This document shows, one piece after another, positions 1 through 14,621 of a stretch of DNA of 64,000 nucleotides; the first letter of the stretch is position 1, and each line of letters opens with the position of its first letter. The notes under the pieces were generated by a model. That model was not told the DNA's origin. It saw nothing but the letters and a program-made list of their open reading frames with translations, and ran no database searches. This stretch comes from Eledone cirrhosa. Its lineage: Eukaryota. The stretch lies in NCBI GenBank assembly GCA_964016885.1, contig OZ024740.1, forward strand, positions 212,722,001 to 212,786,000. Direction: 5' to 3'. The translations under genes and the position numbers were made by a program.

Positions 1-659
1 GATTACCAATTTAACATTTGATGTGGTTCCACACTTTTGAGATGTGCATTGGCAAATGCTCAGTGCATCATCGATCACTTTCTTTCTGCAGCATGCAAAA
101 GACGGTGTTGATTCACAATTCAAGCACTGATGTAATATCAGTTACTTAGTCATTGGTTCTGATCGATAACACAGGCCACTGCAAAACATTTTTACTTTTC
201 TTAAGTTTGTTATAAACTGTAATTTCAATATATTGCTATGATTAACTAAATTAAGGCTATTAAGATGAGTCTTTCATCGTTTGTGTTGCTATTGCAACTT
301 GTCACGATATCAGTAATTTAGTATCAAACATGCAAGATTTAACATGTTTTAGTAGCGCTTAGCATGAATATTTTAGATTAGGCATTATACTAGTTCTTTA
401 GCATTTTATTTTAACGAGTTGTGACAAGTTTTTGTGTTGTCTCCATTTTTATCTGTATACATCCTACCCAACAAAAAATAAACATCAAGATCAATTAGCT
501 AGTATGTCTATACGAGGCCAGATTTAGACTTTAGGGGGCTAGAGTAGTTCAGGTTTGGTGGGCCCTCATATAACAACAAATACTTTAAGGTTATTTTTCG
601 GCTAAAGGTTGAGCTTGCAGGCCCCGTGACAAGCTTCTACACTTTGACATATTGATTGC

Positions 660-1060
660 ATTCTCCTCCAAAACTCCTCTATTCTCATCCTCTGCAATTC
701 ATTGTGCGTTATCCTCTTTCTAAGCAATAATCCACTCATCAACTTTACCATTCTCATTTGTTTGCTCTTTCCATCCTTTTCTGCTGCTCCGTATTCGGAG
801 TAATGAAAGTATTTCTCCCAAATCTCGCCCCTATATATTCATAGTATTTCTCACACACACTGCCTACATCTTTCTCTTCAGTTTCAATGACACTTCTCCC
901 CTCATTAACACACCACTCAGTTCCCAGAACTTCTTCTGATTACTGTGCATGGGTTCCTCATTAAAAAATCTTAAAATGTACAGCAAATTAACAGATTTAC
1001 AAATCAAAATCCATTTAGTGCACCAAATTCTAATTGACAATTTCTACATACAATACTATA
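660..1060 (-). pseudogene. Highly degraded RTE-like LINE 3' remnant
   Basis: Minus-strand fragments loosely resemble the C-terminal region of the RTE-like element at 17.1-19.8 kb; many indels. Confidence 0.3.
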
Positions 1061-1080
1061 ATGCTATACACTACATTTCT

Positions 1081-1796
1081 AGAAATGTAGTGTATAGCAT
1101 AAGATGTACTGAAGGACAATGTAGAGACAAAAATATAATGTACATAGGTGAGACAGCTCGTAGTGTAGGGGAACGGATAAATGAACACTGGCGAGACCTT
1201 CAAGATAATAAAGAATCATCTGTACTCTACCAACATGCTAAGATAGAACACAAGGGTAAATTAGAGAACATAGAAATAAAAATAGAATCTACACACAGAA
1301 AAGACGCAATGTTTAGACAAATTACAGAGGCAATAAACATAAAAGAATTACAACCAAAATTAAATAGAAAATATGAGTGGAACAACAACATCACAATTTA
1401 CAATTAAGGACAAAATGAAAACACACACACACATAGAACAAACAACCAACCAGTAACATGTAAATAAACAAATAAATAAATGAACATAAACACACACAGA
1501 CACCCGGATGTGGCGCATGCGCAGACTGAGCACACAACACACAGAAACAAAATGGCGTAGGACAGAACAAAGGAGAGGCACAGAAACAAAGAAAGGAATC
1601 CCCAGTCACTGAAGAGGTCACAGAGTGTGTGACGAAAGAACTATGACTATATATAAACAACACTATCTGGTTGTGGAACCAACCAACCAACCAGAAATTT
1701 ATAAATTTATAAATTTATAAATATATAATAAATTGAAGTGAAAGCAACTGGTGCGTGTGTTTCTTATTGGCAACATGACCCTCCCAAAGTATAACA

Positions 1797-1800
<4 letters not shown>
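1081..1800 (+). mobile_element. 5'-truncated Penelope-like element: GIY-YIG endonuclease end plus pseudo-LTR
   Basis: NVVYSIRC..YIGETARS..ERINEH..RQITEA..LN to the stop at 1407; close inverted copy at 16377-17125; ends in (TA)n. Confidence 0.85.
1604..1648 (+). ncRNA. Minimal type I hammerhead ribozyme in PLE pseudo-LTR
   Basis: agtca-CTGAAGA-g-gtcaca/gagtg/tgtgac-GAAA-gaac-TA-tgact; stem I agtca/tgact. Confidence 0.8.
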
Positions 1801-1847
<47 letters not shown>

Positions 1848-1850
<3 letters not shown>

Positions 1851-3139
1851 GGTGTGAACGATATTTGTTCGCAATTTTCAACTGCTAATTTTATGCAAAT
1901 TTTTTTTACTTCAGTTGTCACTCTTGTCTTCATAAAAAAAGTGACTATATTTCCATTATTTATTTTCAGAATAATTGATTATGAATAATTTTGAACGTCC
2001 AAATTTGTGGAAGAGACACGAAGTTCTTCTTAGAATCCGCGCCGGGAGGACAAATAAGGAAATTTCAGACTTTCTCAGCGTCAGCAGGAGAATGGTGGAA
2101 AAGGTCAGAAAGGAATTGGAAGATTCAGGATTCGACTACGAAGCAACATCAGAGAGGAAAACCCATGATCGACGATCTGATGCCCTCAGAACACCCGAGT
2201 TCGTCGCTGAAGTTCAGCATATCATTAACAATGAACCTAGCAAGTCGATGCGTGGCCATTGCAAGGGAGAAAGGCGTGGATGAAAAGCTCATTAGGCTGG
2301 TGGTACATGAAGAGATTCGCTACGTTTCACACAAGATGAGGAAAGGACAATTTCTGTCAAAGGCGATGCAAGAAAAGCGACTGAAGCATGCAAAGAAGCT
2401 GATCAACAAGTTGAAACACCCTCTGGAGCCAGACATGCTGTGGTTTTTCTCCGACGAGAAAAACTTCTGCCAAGACCAGAACAACAGGTGGCTCGCTGTC
2501 TCACCCAAAGACGTGCCCAGAGTCATGCAGACAAAGTTTCCAGCGACAACATTGGTCTTAGGTGTCGTCAGCAGTCAAGGCGACGTCATGCCACCTCACC
2601 TCTTCCCTGAAGGCCTCAAGCTGAACACAGATGGCTACATCCACGTTCTGAGCGAGGTAGTAAAGCCCTGGATCGACCAGGTAACTGCAGGTAGGCCGTA
2701 CATGTGGCAGCAAGACTCAGCGCCCTACTATACCAGCCGAAAGACCCAAGCCTGGTTGTCAGTAAACTTCGTCGACCAGACTTCACCTGACATCTGGCCT
2801 CCCAGCTCGCCTGACTGCAACCCCCTCGACTTCATGTGTGGGGCACAGTGGAACGAGACACCAACAGATCTAGCTGCAATACGAAAAACGATCTGAAGAC
2901 GAGGATCACAAGTGCTTTTAGGGGCCTAAGTCGGGGAGACAGTGACGAAGGCCTGTAGCCGGTTCTGAGGCCGCCTTCAGGTCGTCATCAAAGCCAATGG
3001 TGGGTTTATCGAGTGAGATGGAAATAACAAGTCATGAAGACAAACTGATCCAAGTTTGATAAATATATCTTAAAAAATAAAACTACTGTTACTTTTTCCC
3101 TAGACAGTAATCTTGCGAACAAATATCGTCCGCAGCCTG
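1848..3139 (+). mobile_element. Tc1/mariner DNA transposon, DD37D (maT) type
   Basis: Imperfect 27-bp TIRs cagggtgtgaacgatatttgttcgcaa / ttgcgaacaaatatcgtccgcagcctg, flanked by TA. Confidence 0.9.
1981..3010 (+). pseudogene. Frameshifted DD37D transposase
   Basis: N-terminal HTH-like part in ORF 1975-2283; FSDEKNF, WQQDSAP and WPPSSPDCNPLDF in ORF 1991-2896; 37 residues between the 2nd and 3rd Asp. Confidence 0.9.
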
Positions 3140-3142
3140 TAT

Positions 3143-3173
<31 letters not shown>

Positions 3174-3322
3174 CATATGTATATATACATATACATATAT
3201 ACACATATATATATATATATACACATATATATATACATACACACATATATATATACATATATATATATATAGATATATATATATATGTATACATATATAT
3301 ACATACATATATATACATATAT

Positions 3323-3423
3323 GTTACCCGAAGATTTACCCATTTGCATTGTCGAGGCTTCCAAACGACTTAAAGATCTTTACTTATTATTCCACAATAC
3401 TTCAAGCAAACTTCAATACTCTC
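3323..3423 (+). repeat. Solo terminal fragment of the PLE family at 52.5-55.5 kb, embedded in (TA)n
   Basis: Matches 55415-55468 and the reverse complement of 52460-52560. Confidence 0.75.
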
Positions 3424-3579
3424 ATATATATATGTATATATACATATACATATATATACATATATACATATATATATATATATACATATATACATGTACA
3501 TATATACATATACATATATATATATATACATATATATACATATATATATATACATATATACATATATATATACATATAC

Positions 3580-3612
<33 letters not shown>

Positions 3613-3621
3613 CATATACAT

Positions 3622-3678
<57 letters not shown>

Positions 3679-3705
3679 CATATACATATATATATACATC
3701 TATCT

Positions 3706-3955
3706 ACCTAGGGCGAGTAAAATTCCCGAGATCCATGGACGAGTTCTCTCCAGGGGTCTCTGTCCCTCATTATCGCTGCCATGTCCTGCGTCTCCAACAG
3801 ACCAGTGTCTGTCCTTAGGGCATCAACATACGTTAACCTTGGTCTTCCTCTTCCAGCGTGTCTATGTAGGGGCTCCCAAAGGAGCACTGAGTGCAATGTC
3901 AACTCTGGATGTCGGTGAGCATGTCCAGCCAACCTCCGTCTCCTCTGTGTCACTT
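3706..3955 (-). mobile_element. 5'-truncated copy (3' end) of the LINE at 49133-52432
   Basis: [21 protein letters not shown] nearly identical to the end of ORF 49133-50044; flanked by (TA)n. Confidence 0.9.
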
Positions 3956-4007
3956 ATATATACATATATACTTATACATATACATATATACATATATACA
4001 TATATAC

Positions 4008-4053
<46 letters not shown>

Positions 4054-4321
4054 ATACATATACATATATATATATACATATATATATACATATTCACACA
4101 TATATATATACATATATATATACATACATATAAACATATACATATATATATACATGTATATACATATACATATATATACATATACATATATATACACATA
4201 TATATACATATACATATATATACACATATATATACATATGCATATATATACATATATATATATACATATACATATATACATATATATATACATATACATA
4301 TATACATATATATACATATAC

Positions 4322-4356
<35 letters not shown>

Positions 4357-4455
4357 CATATACACACATATATATATATATATACATATATATAAGTATG
4401 TATATATATATATGTATATATATATGTATATATATGTATATGTATATATATATGA

Positions 4456-4985
4456 ATGGAAAAAATGAAACGAAATTTCATTTCTCACTCTTAGTACGGC
4501 AGTTACTTAAATGTAAGTATGTATACGTACATACATATATGTATACAGACGTACAGTAGTATGTATATATATACATACATGTACACATATATATATGTAC
4601 GTATCGGTTTACCGAACATTTATTATAACAAACAGCCCGAATTAAGCTGTACAGTGCCTAGCAACCATCGTTGCCCTTTTATTCAACACTGACAAAGGAA
4701 CGATGTACTAGTTTCAAGCTTATTAGCTATCGTCAGCATCGTATACCTTCCTGCCAGATGATTGAACGTCGGAAAGTATATACTTTCCTTATGCATATTA
4801 ACGGCTGAGCAGCCTAACCTGCATATCGAGTGAGTCCAGTCGGCTGGGCACACCGAAAACCATAAATGGAAAAAATGAAACGAAATTTCATTTCTCACTC
4901 TTAGTACGGCAGTTACTTATATGTAGGTATGTATGTATATGTACATACATATATGTATACAGATGTACGTATACATACATACTTA
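4456..4985 (-). mobile_element. Non-coding terminally redundant HHR element, family A (410-bp unit)
   Basis: atggaaaaaatgaaacg recurs at 4456 and 4866; related copies at about 7203-7253 and 61930-62710. Confidence 0.75.
4700..4742 (-). ncRNA. Type I hammerhead ribozyme (family A)
   Basis: Reverse complement: acgatg-CTGACGA-t-agct/aata/agct-t-GAAA-ctag-TA-catcgt; 6-bp stem I, palindromic stem III. Confidence 0.85.
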
Positions 4986-4998
4986 CATATATACTTAC

Positions 4999-5044
<46 letters not shown>

Positions 5045-5121
5045 GTATATATATATGTGTATATATATGTATATGTATATATATATGTACATATATGTAT
5101 ATGTATATGTATATGTATATA

Positions 5122-5175
<54 letters not shown>

Positions 5176-5363
5176 AATGAGGTAAATATCTCACTGAGTA
5201 CTAAGTACCCATAGAGATATATAGGGTGTCTATAATATAATTGTTGTTCTATGGTACTAATTTGAGATACCAGAACTATAAAAATTGATGAGCAGAACAA
5301 ACAAACTTTAAATAATCCTTTAAATAAATTAAAAAATGATTTAAATATCTACCTGTTCATGAT

Positions 5364-5442
5364 GCTATTACCGGCGGTTTCCATTTACAAAAGATTAGAA
5401 ATTCAGAGAATCTCCAACGGAAAGTAAACTTCATCAAATAGC
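5364..5442 (-). ncRNA. Degenerate type I hammerhead (C3 changed to U)
   Basis: Reverse complement: gctat-TTGATGA-ag-tttac...gtaaa-tg-GAAA-ccgccgg-TA-atagc. Confidence 0.6.
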
Positions 5443-5642
5443 TATTTCCTTTCTATAGGACTTACGTCCCACTGTCTGCAAATATAATGCCAACTACCAG
5501 CTCGTATGAGTTATGGCCGTTAAAGTGACCCACACGTGAACCGGTCGCTAGTGAAAGCGGGAATATTACAGACTTGTTGATGGCTTGGCTGCTAAAAAAA
5601 TAGCAGTAAGCAACAACGAATTTTTTCTCTACATAGATTGGA

Positions 5643-5736
<94 letters not shown>

Positions 5737-5819
5737 ATAATAATAAAATTGAAGACTAAAATCCAGAGAGGGCTCGATAAGGAAAATATATATCAAATAT
5801 ATAAGAACCGGAGATCAAA

Positions 5820-7126
5820 TATTTATTAAAATAACAGATTAAAGTTTAAGCAAAGAATCGCTGCTTTCACCCTTAACGGGATCTTCTGAAACTAACAAAG
5901 TCAATCTGTAAACGCAGAACTGGATATTTCAAAAAACGTTGCAACCGAAGGAAGACAGGAAAGTTACACTGGGAGATCCTAGCTAGGGCTAGATCGTATA
6001 ACGGAAATAAAAGATCATGTGACCTCTGCGCCGCTGAGGCCCTGGAAATACTCTACGCCACAGACCACATCTTAAACAAAAAATCTGAGGCAATTTCGGC
6101 TTGTAAACATAAATTGCACAAAACTTTCCTGTATTACAGCCCTACGTTATACCCTAACTGATAGCACGATCTATACGTGGATATTTACGTCTTGATGTGG
6201 GAGCTAAGTATATGTTTTGTTTATTCCTTTACTTTTTGCATAGGTAAGTATATATTACCCGTATGTTTTGTGAAGGTATGTATACCTTCTCGTACGTATA
6301 TTTGACTCTTTTGGCGTTTGGTTATGTGTATATGGGAGTTTTGCGTCTGCGTGAGTATGCAGGTTCGTACGTATGGTGGGTGTGTGTATATGTGTACCTC
6401 TTGTTTTAGTTGACTTACGTCTCCGAACCTTCATGTATTTATTTGTAGGTGTGTGTGTGCGCTTGTTATATACGTATTTATTTACTTATATACGTTTATA
6501 TAATTATTTATTTATTTGTACACAAGCATACACACATACACATATTTATATGTGCGTGGTTTTGTTTACCTATGGCAAGGTTATGCGTATGCTTGTGTAT
6601 GTACGTATCTGTTTGCATGTATGTATTTATTTGTTCCTATTACTTCTGTATTGTATTTATTTGCTTTGTTCTTAACTCTGTAGCGGAGATTCATTCGGTC
6701 TCCTAGTTAGAATTTTAGTCTACGACTTCTGCTATACCATTTACGTGGTTTTGTCTTTGCACGCTATTGTTCTCCACGCTCCACATATGACTTATTATCT
6801 TCGTTTTTTCGTTCATTGCCAGAGAACGTCTCTATGCACCACTTAGAGAACATTAGTCTACGACCTCTTTTATACCATAAACGTGGTTCTGTTCTTGCAC
6901 GTAATTGTTTTTCACCGCTCCTATTAATAACGTATTATTCGTTTTTTCCCGTTCTTTGCCAGCGAACGTCACCATGAACCAAAGTATCGTCTTCCTGTCT
7001 TCCTCCGGTTGCAACGTTTTTTGAAATATCCAGTTCTGCGTTTACAGATTGACTTTGTTAGTTTCAGAAGATCCCGTTAAGGGTGAAAGCAGCGATTCTT
7101 TGCTTAAACTTTAATCTGTTATTTTA

Positions 7127-7131
<5 letters not shown>
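5820..7131 (+). mobile_element. Truncated PLE with an inverted pseudo-LTR end at its 5' junction
   Basis: About 5964-6161 encodes LHWEILARARSYNGNKRSCDLCAAEALEIL..LNKKSEAISACKH (GIY-YIG C-terminus); 5820-5960 is the reverse complement of 6992-7131. Confidence 0.8.
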
Positions 7132-7205
<74 letters not shown>

Positions 7206-8139
7206 GCCGTACTAAGAGTGAGAAATGAAATTTCGTTTCATTTTTTCCATTTATATACATATACATATATATATACATATATATATATATATACACACAC
7301 ATATATATATATACACATATATATACATATATATATACACACATATATATATACATATATATATATATACATATACAGAGATATATATATATACATATAC
7401 ATATATACATATACATATACATATATACATATACATATATATATATGTACATATATACATATATATATATATACATATATATATATACATATACATATAT
7501 ACATATACATATATATATACATATATACATATATACATATACACACACATATATATATATATACACACATATATATACATATACACATACACATATATGC
7601 ATACATATATATATATACATATATATATATATACATATACTAACATATATATATACATATACACACATATATATATATACATATACACACATATATATAT
7701 ATATACATATACATATACACATATATATATACATATACATATATATATGCATATACATATATATACATATATATATATACATATACACACATATATATAT
7801 ACACACATATATATATATACACACATATATATATATACATATACATACATATATATATATATATACACACATATATATATACACACATATATATATACAT
7901 ATACATACATATATATATATACACACATATATATATACATATACATACATATATATATACATATACATATATATATATATACAAATATATATACATATAC
8001 ATATATACACACATATATATATACATATATATATACACATATATATATATATGCATATATATATATATATGCATATACATATATATGCATATACATATAT
8101 ATATGCATATACATATATATATGCATATATATATATATA

Positions 8140-8219
<80 letters not shown>

Positions 8220-8222
8220 TAT

Positions 8223-8746
8223 ATGAATAAAATTAGTCCTTCATCAGTGATCTTCCAGCCGTCATTGGTATTTATATTTTTCCCTCTGCTGTGACCTGTC
8301 TGTTTCTTTCTTACTGCTTCCCTTTTCTCCGTATCTCTCACCTTCTTTTTACCCCCTCTGCCAGTCACTCTCTCTCAGCTGGTCTCTTCCTCACACTTTC
8401 ACTCACTCACTCTCTGCTACTCCCACTCTCTCACTTCCTCCCGTTTGACCTGTGTGAAATCCTTTTCTCGCTCACAACTCACCCAGGTCGGATAGTCTGT
8501 ATCTCTCCTCGTCTATGATTTCACCAAACTTAAGTTCACAGATATCACGGACTTGTTTCTCCTCTTCCTCACTTTCCGTTGCATTACCATCTCTGTTTGT
8601 TTACATGTCTCGTTCGCTTCACCCTATTCTACGTGTCCCAATAACTTTTTTTAGTTATTGCTCGCACCAACCAGAGGTATATGATCTTTAATGCGAAGAA
8701 ATACCAATGACGGTTGGAAGATCACTGATGAAGGACTAATTTTATT

Positions 8747-8750
<4 letters not shown>
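8223..8750 (+). mobile_element. Non-coding repeat, family D, with about 50-bp inverted end
   Basis: Homologous to 36624-37290; 8223-8272 is the reverse complement of 8700-8750; flanked by (TA)n. Confidence 0.7.
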
Positions 8751-8822
<72 letters not shown>

Positions 8823-9215
8823 TACATATACATATATATAAAAACATATACATATATACATATATATACACATATATATATACACATATATATATACATA
8901 TATATACACATATATATACACATATATATATATACATATATATACACACATATATATATATACATATATATACACATATATATACACATATATATATACA
9001 TATATATACACATAGATATATATACATATATATATACATATATATACATATACATATATATATACACATATATATATACATATACATATACATATATATA
9101 CACATGCATATATACATATACACATACATATATACATACACATATATACATATACATATATACACATATAAATATACACACATATATATACATATTTATA
9201 TATACATATAAACAC

Positions 9216-9246
<31 letters not shown>

Positions 9247-9259
9247 CACACATATATAC

Positions 9260-9294
<35 letters not shown>

Positions 9295-9528
9295 CATAAA
9301 TATATATATTTATATATGTACATAAATATATACATATATATATTCATATATATATACACATATATATACATATATATATATACATATATATGTAGGAGGT
9401 GAGTTTTATTGTTATTGCATGATGATATTTGTTTTTGAAATGCGCATAATAAAATACATGTTACTCATTTAACCATCTTTTGATCTTATATATTATATAC
9501 ATATATATATATATACATATGCATATAC

Positions 9529-9600
<72 letters not shown>

Positions 9601-9655
9601 ATATGTATATATATATATATATGTATATATGTATATATATATATGTATATATCGA

Positions 9656-10267
9656 GAACTTTTTCTTATTTGCTAAACCTTGATTATATATGTTCTGGCT
9701 CGTTAATTTATTAACCTGCCATTGAACCACATTGGCACATGGTTGGACAATACATGTGTCCCTAGACGCTTTGTGCGTATAGGGATATATACTTTATTAT
9801 TATTCCCCACTTGGTCGAAAAAGAAATTTGGTCATTCTGACTGCTGCTAGTTATAGTGGTAGTAGACTGACCTCCCTGCCTTTGCTTCTATCTTTACACA
9901 CGGCACTTGAAGGAATTGCTCCCACATCATTTACTCTCATCTCGGGAACAATTTTGAATAGCGCCAGTTCGTAATTTGAACTCGGGAATTTTATATTCTC
10001 CGAGTGAAAAGATCCTTCTGACGAGAGTTTTTCTTTGCAATGGATGCCGTAAGGACTGTCCATTTATTTTTGAAACTCGAAACCGATTCGGTAAAGGTAA
10101 CTATAGTGAGTAAAGTTAATTTTTTTAAATTTATTTTGAAACTTTTTCTTATTTGCTAAACCTTGATTAAATATGTTCTGGCTCGTTAATTTATTAACCT
10201 GCCATTGAACCACATTGGCATATTGTTGGCCAATACATGTGTCCCTATGCGCTTTGTGCGTGGAGGG

Positions 10268-10270
<3 letters not shown>
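9656..10270 (+). mobile_element. Non-coding terminally redundant HHR element, family B (482-bp unit)
   Basis: About 130 bp from 9656 repeats at 10138; (TA)n on both sides. Confidence 0.75.
10014..10097 (+). ncRNA. Type I hammerhead ribozyme with extended stem II
   Basis: cctt-CTGACGA-gagttt...aaactc-GAAA-ccgattcgg-TA-aagg; GUA cleavage triplet. Confidence 0.85.
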
Positions 10271-10315
<45 letters not shown>

Positions 10316-10386
10316 GATTTCAGATAAAGAATCTTGCTAAACAAATTCAGAATACATGTGTCCCTATGCGCTTTGTGCGTGGAGAG

Positions 10387-10417
<31 letters not shown>

Positions 10418-10683
10418 GTATTAAGGATACTATTTATGGTTATGTATGTAATAAAACCTTTAATGCTAATATATTATTTATACAAACCTTAAATAGTGAA
10501 AGATAGTCATTAATTACTATCCTATTACCAGTAAGATAAATACACCCTTGTATTAAGGATACTATTTATGGTTATGTATGTAATAAAACCTTTAATGGTA
10601 ATATATTATTTATACAAACCTTAAATAGTGAAAGATAGTCATTAATTACTATCCTATTACCAGTAAGATAAATACACCCTTGT
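10418..10683. repeat. Near-perfect tandem duplication, about 133 bp
   Basis: gtattaaggatactatttatgg...tacacccttg occurs twice. Confidence 0.85.
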
Positions 10684-11494
10684 ACTTCTTAATGGACAAC
10701 TCTCTAACCTATAAATGGGAAACATACTCTAGAAATTAGTTATAACTTCATATGATAGGCACGTATTTGAATCACCATTAATGTAGTTTAGGATAATAAT
10801 TTAACTAGGATAAGTAGCTAGTTACCTCCCCTTACGCTTTAACTCCCCTTAGTCATTCGGACACTTCCGGAATCTAAACAGCATGATCTATTAATTAAGA
10901 ACCGACTAGATACGGTATATAACTTGATTATATGCCGAACCATCGTGAATTATACGATAGACACGTGTTCTATATATTGCGTCTCATGGATTATGTGAGT
11001 GGTGAGCGAAGACAGTGGTACGGCTTTGCCTACGATACAATAAGGTTTATAGTATGTTGAAAGTTTTTGATATTTTGGTGTTTCCCTGCATCCGGGACTG
11101 TATATCATACAGATGTATGCGAATAAATGACTTAATAATTCAGCCCACATAATAAGATCGATTGCCTGCTTCAACTGCCTGACCCTGCAAATATCATTCT
11201 GACGCACTCTAATCATGTATAAATAAGACACGCGTGCATGCTACACGTGAGATTGTTTCATACACTGACTACTCTAAACTTTCCTCTTGCTTTATCTTCA
11301 TAGACTGCCAACGCTTCATGTTTATCTTTATTTTCATTTTTGTTTTTATTTTTATTTTTATCCTGTAACCTTTATATGTAAATTGCCATGCTATATCATT
11401 TGATGAATGTCACCCCACTGTTGATCAATATGCGCATATGTTTTATATGTCTCTTGGGTTGAAAAGGAGGTCAAGTATGTTATAGATCAGTAAA

Positions 11495-11549
11495 TAGTTG
11501 CTCCGAAGAATCCAAACCTCGGTTTGGAGGAAACAATTGTAAGCAAATA
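11495..11549 (+). ncRNA. Degenerate type I hammerhead (U4 changed to C)
   Basis: ttgct-CCGAAGA-a-tccaaacc/tc/ggtttgga-g-GAAA-caattg-TA-agcaa. Confidence 0.65.
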
Positions 11550-11580
11550 AATGACTTAAACTGAACTTTGATTATTGTAA

Positions 11581-11975
<395 letters not shown>

Positions 11976-12016
11976 ACTTTTTTTTAGATATATACATATA
12001 TACATATATATACATA

Positions 12017-12062
<46 letters not shown>

Positions 12063-12385
12063 TATATATATATACATATACACGAATATATATACATATA
12101 TATATACACATATATACGTATATATATACATATATATATATACATATATATACATATATACATATATATATACATATATATACATATATACATATATACG
12201 TATATATATATATATACATGTACATATATATATATACATATATACGTATATATATATACATATATATATACATATATTTACATATATATATACATATATA
12301 TATACATATATACGTATATATATATACATATATACGTATATATATACATATATATATATACATATATATACATATATATATATAC

Positions 12386-12422
<37 letters not shown>

Positions 12423-12490
12423 ATATACACATATATATACATATATATATATACATATATATATATATACATATATATATATATCTACAT

Positions 12491-13737
12491 ATTTAATACA
12501 ATAACAGAGATAGTTTAAAGCTAAACTCTGACTGGTAACCATCTCACTTAACAAACATTAGGTTATATTAAAATATAAACCCAATTTAAGTGTTTGGGGT
12601 GCTAACAAAATGTATAATGTGGAAAAAACCAGTTGTATTATTTTATGAGATATAATTAAAGTTAAAGTATATCTCTCTTTCCAAACAATTGTTTCATTAT
12701 AAGTTTTCTACAAGTTTGGGAGAATGTTTCCAGTTTATGTAGAAGCCTAAATATATTCATGTAAGAATATATTTAGGTGGGCACTTATAAATCGTCAGTG
12801 GAAGCCCATTAAACATTGATATAAGAAAACAAATTTCTTACCGCTGTCAAAAGTCATGTCCGTAAAGTAGCTCTCTCTCACCTCGAATGACCGCCAAATT
12901 TGAAATTCCAGCAGTTTTTGACTGAGGAAGTATCATAGCGACACGAAGTGGGAAGAGAGACGACCCACGAAATGAGGAAAAAAATAATATACACGCGGGT
13001 TAAATAGTTTTTTTGAAAACATTATCAATCCGACGTGTTTAAGAACTCAATTGAAAATAAAAAAATAAATATATGCTTGTATAAATTACACACGCATATA
13101 GATATTTTCTTAGGCTAAATCAGAAGTTGTACCCGAATAAGAACCGCTTCTCATAACCGTAGTAAATGCAGAAAGTTATGCTATAAAGGGCAAATGGGAA
13201 TATAATTCTCCGGCCGAAATATTAAGAGTAAAATTTAAAACACACGCGGGTTAATTAGTTATTACAAAACCAATATTAGTTCCTCGTATAAAGAACTCAA
13301 TTAATAAAAGAAAATAAATACACATATGCATGTAATTATATACGTAGGCATATATATATATTTTCCTAGGCTAAAAAACAGAGAAGTTACAACCAAAAAA
13401 AGCCACAATATTACACAACAGTAAAATACGGAAAGTCAAATTCATAAGGTACCTGGAAATAAACACCTCTGGCCAATCAAAAGTAAATATTTAATACAAT
13501 AACAGAGATAGTTTAAAGCTAAACTCTGACTGGTAACCATCTCACTCAACAAACATTAGGTTATATTAAAATATAAACCCAATTTAAGTGTTTGGGGTGC
13601 TAACAGAATGTATAATGTGGAAAAAACCAGTTGTATTATTTTATGAGATATAATTAAAGTTAAAGTATATCTCTCTTTCCAAACAATTGTTTCATTATAA
13701 GTTTTCTACAAGTTTGGGAGAATGTTTCCAGTTTATA
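12491..13737 (-). mobile_element. Non-coding terminally redundant HHR element, family C (998-bp unit)
   Basis: About 247 bp at 12491 repeats almost perfectly at 13489; internal diverged pair of about 250 bp; flanked by (TA)n. Confidence 0.75.
12679..12803 (-). ncRNA. Type I hammerhead with branched stem II of about 95 nt
   Basis: Reverse complement: ttcca-CTGACGA-t-ttataag[two hairpins]cttataa-t-GAAA-caattg-TT-tggaa. Confidence 0.8.
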
Positions 13738-13742
13738 TATCT

Positions 13743-13776
<34 letters not shown>

Positions 13777-14165
13777 CACATATACATATATATATATACA
13801 TATATATATAGATATATATATATCTACATATATATATATATACATATATATATACATATATATATATACATATATACGTATATATATACATATATATATA
13901 CATATATATATATTTATATATATACATATATATATACATATATATATATTTATATATATACATATATATATACATATATATATTTATATATATACATATA
14001 TATATACATATATACGTATATATATACATATATATATACATATATACATATATACATATATACGTATATATATACATATATAAATACATATATATATATA
14101 CATATATATATACATATATACGTATATATACATATATATGTACATATATATATACATATATATAC

Positions 14166-14196
<31 letters not shown>

Positions 14197-14425
14197 AACA
14201 TATATATATATATATATGTATACGTATATATATACATATATATATATACATATATATATACACATATATACATATATATATACATATATACGTATATATA
14301 TACATATATATATATACATATATACGTATATATATACATATATATATATACATATATATATACATATATATATACATATATATATAAATATATATATACA
14401 TATATATATACATATATATATATAC

Positions 14426-14462
<37 letters not shown>

Positions 14463-14570
14463 CGTATATGCGTCGTCTCGGTACAGCCCACCACCCAGGT
14501 TGGGTATTTCTCTCCTGATCTCGTAGAGTATGTATATCCCAACCAAGTATATACATATATATATATATAC

Positions 14571-14621
<51 letters not shown>

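Noticed and set aside
1-650. Possible host exon
   Set aside because: No ORF, recognisable domain or convincing splice-site pair
7060-7100. HHR-like CAGAAGA-t-ccc/gttaa/ggg-t-GAAA-gcagc, also at about 5860 and 45930 on the minus strand
   Set aside because: U4 is altered and there is no NUH or stem I, so it is not called as a ribozyme
12918-12975. CTGAGGA...GAAG on the plus strand
   Set aside because: Helices do not close; the convincing motif in this unit is on the minus strand at 12679-12803
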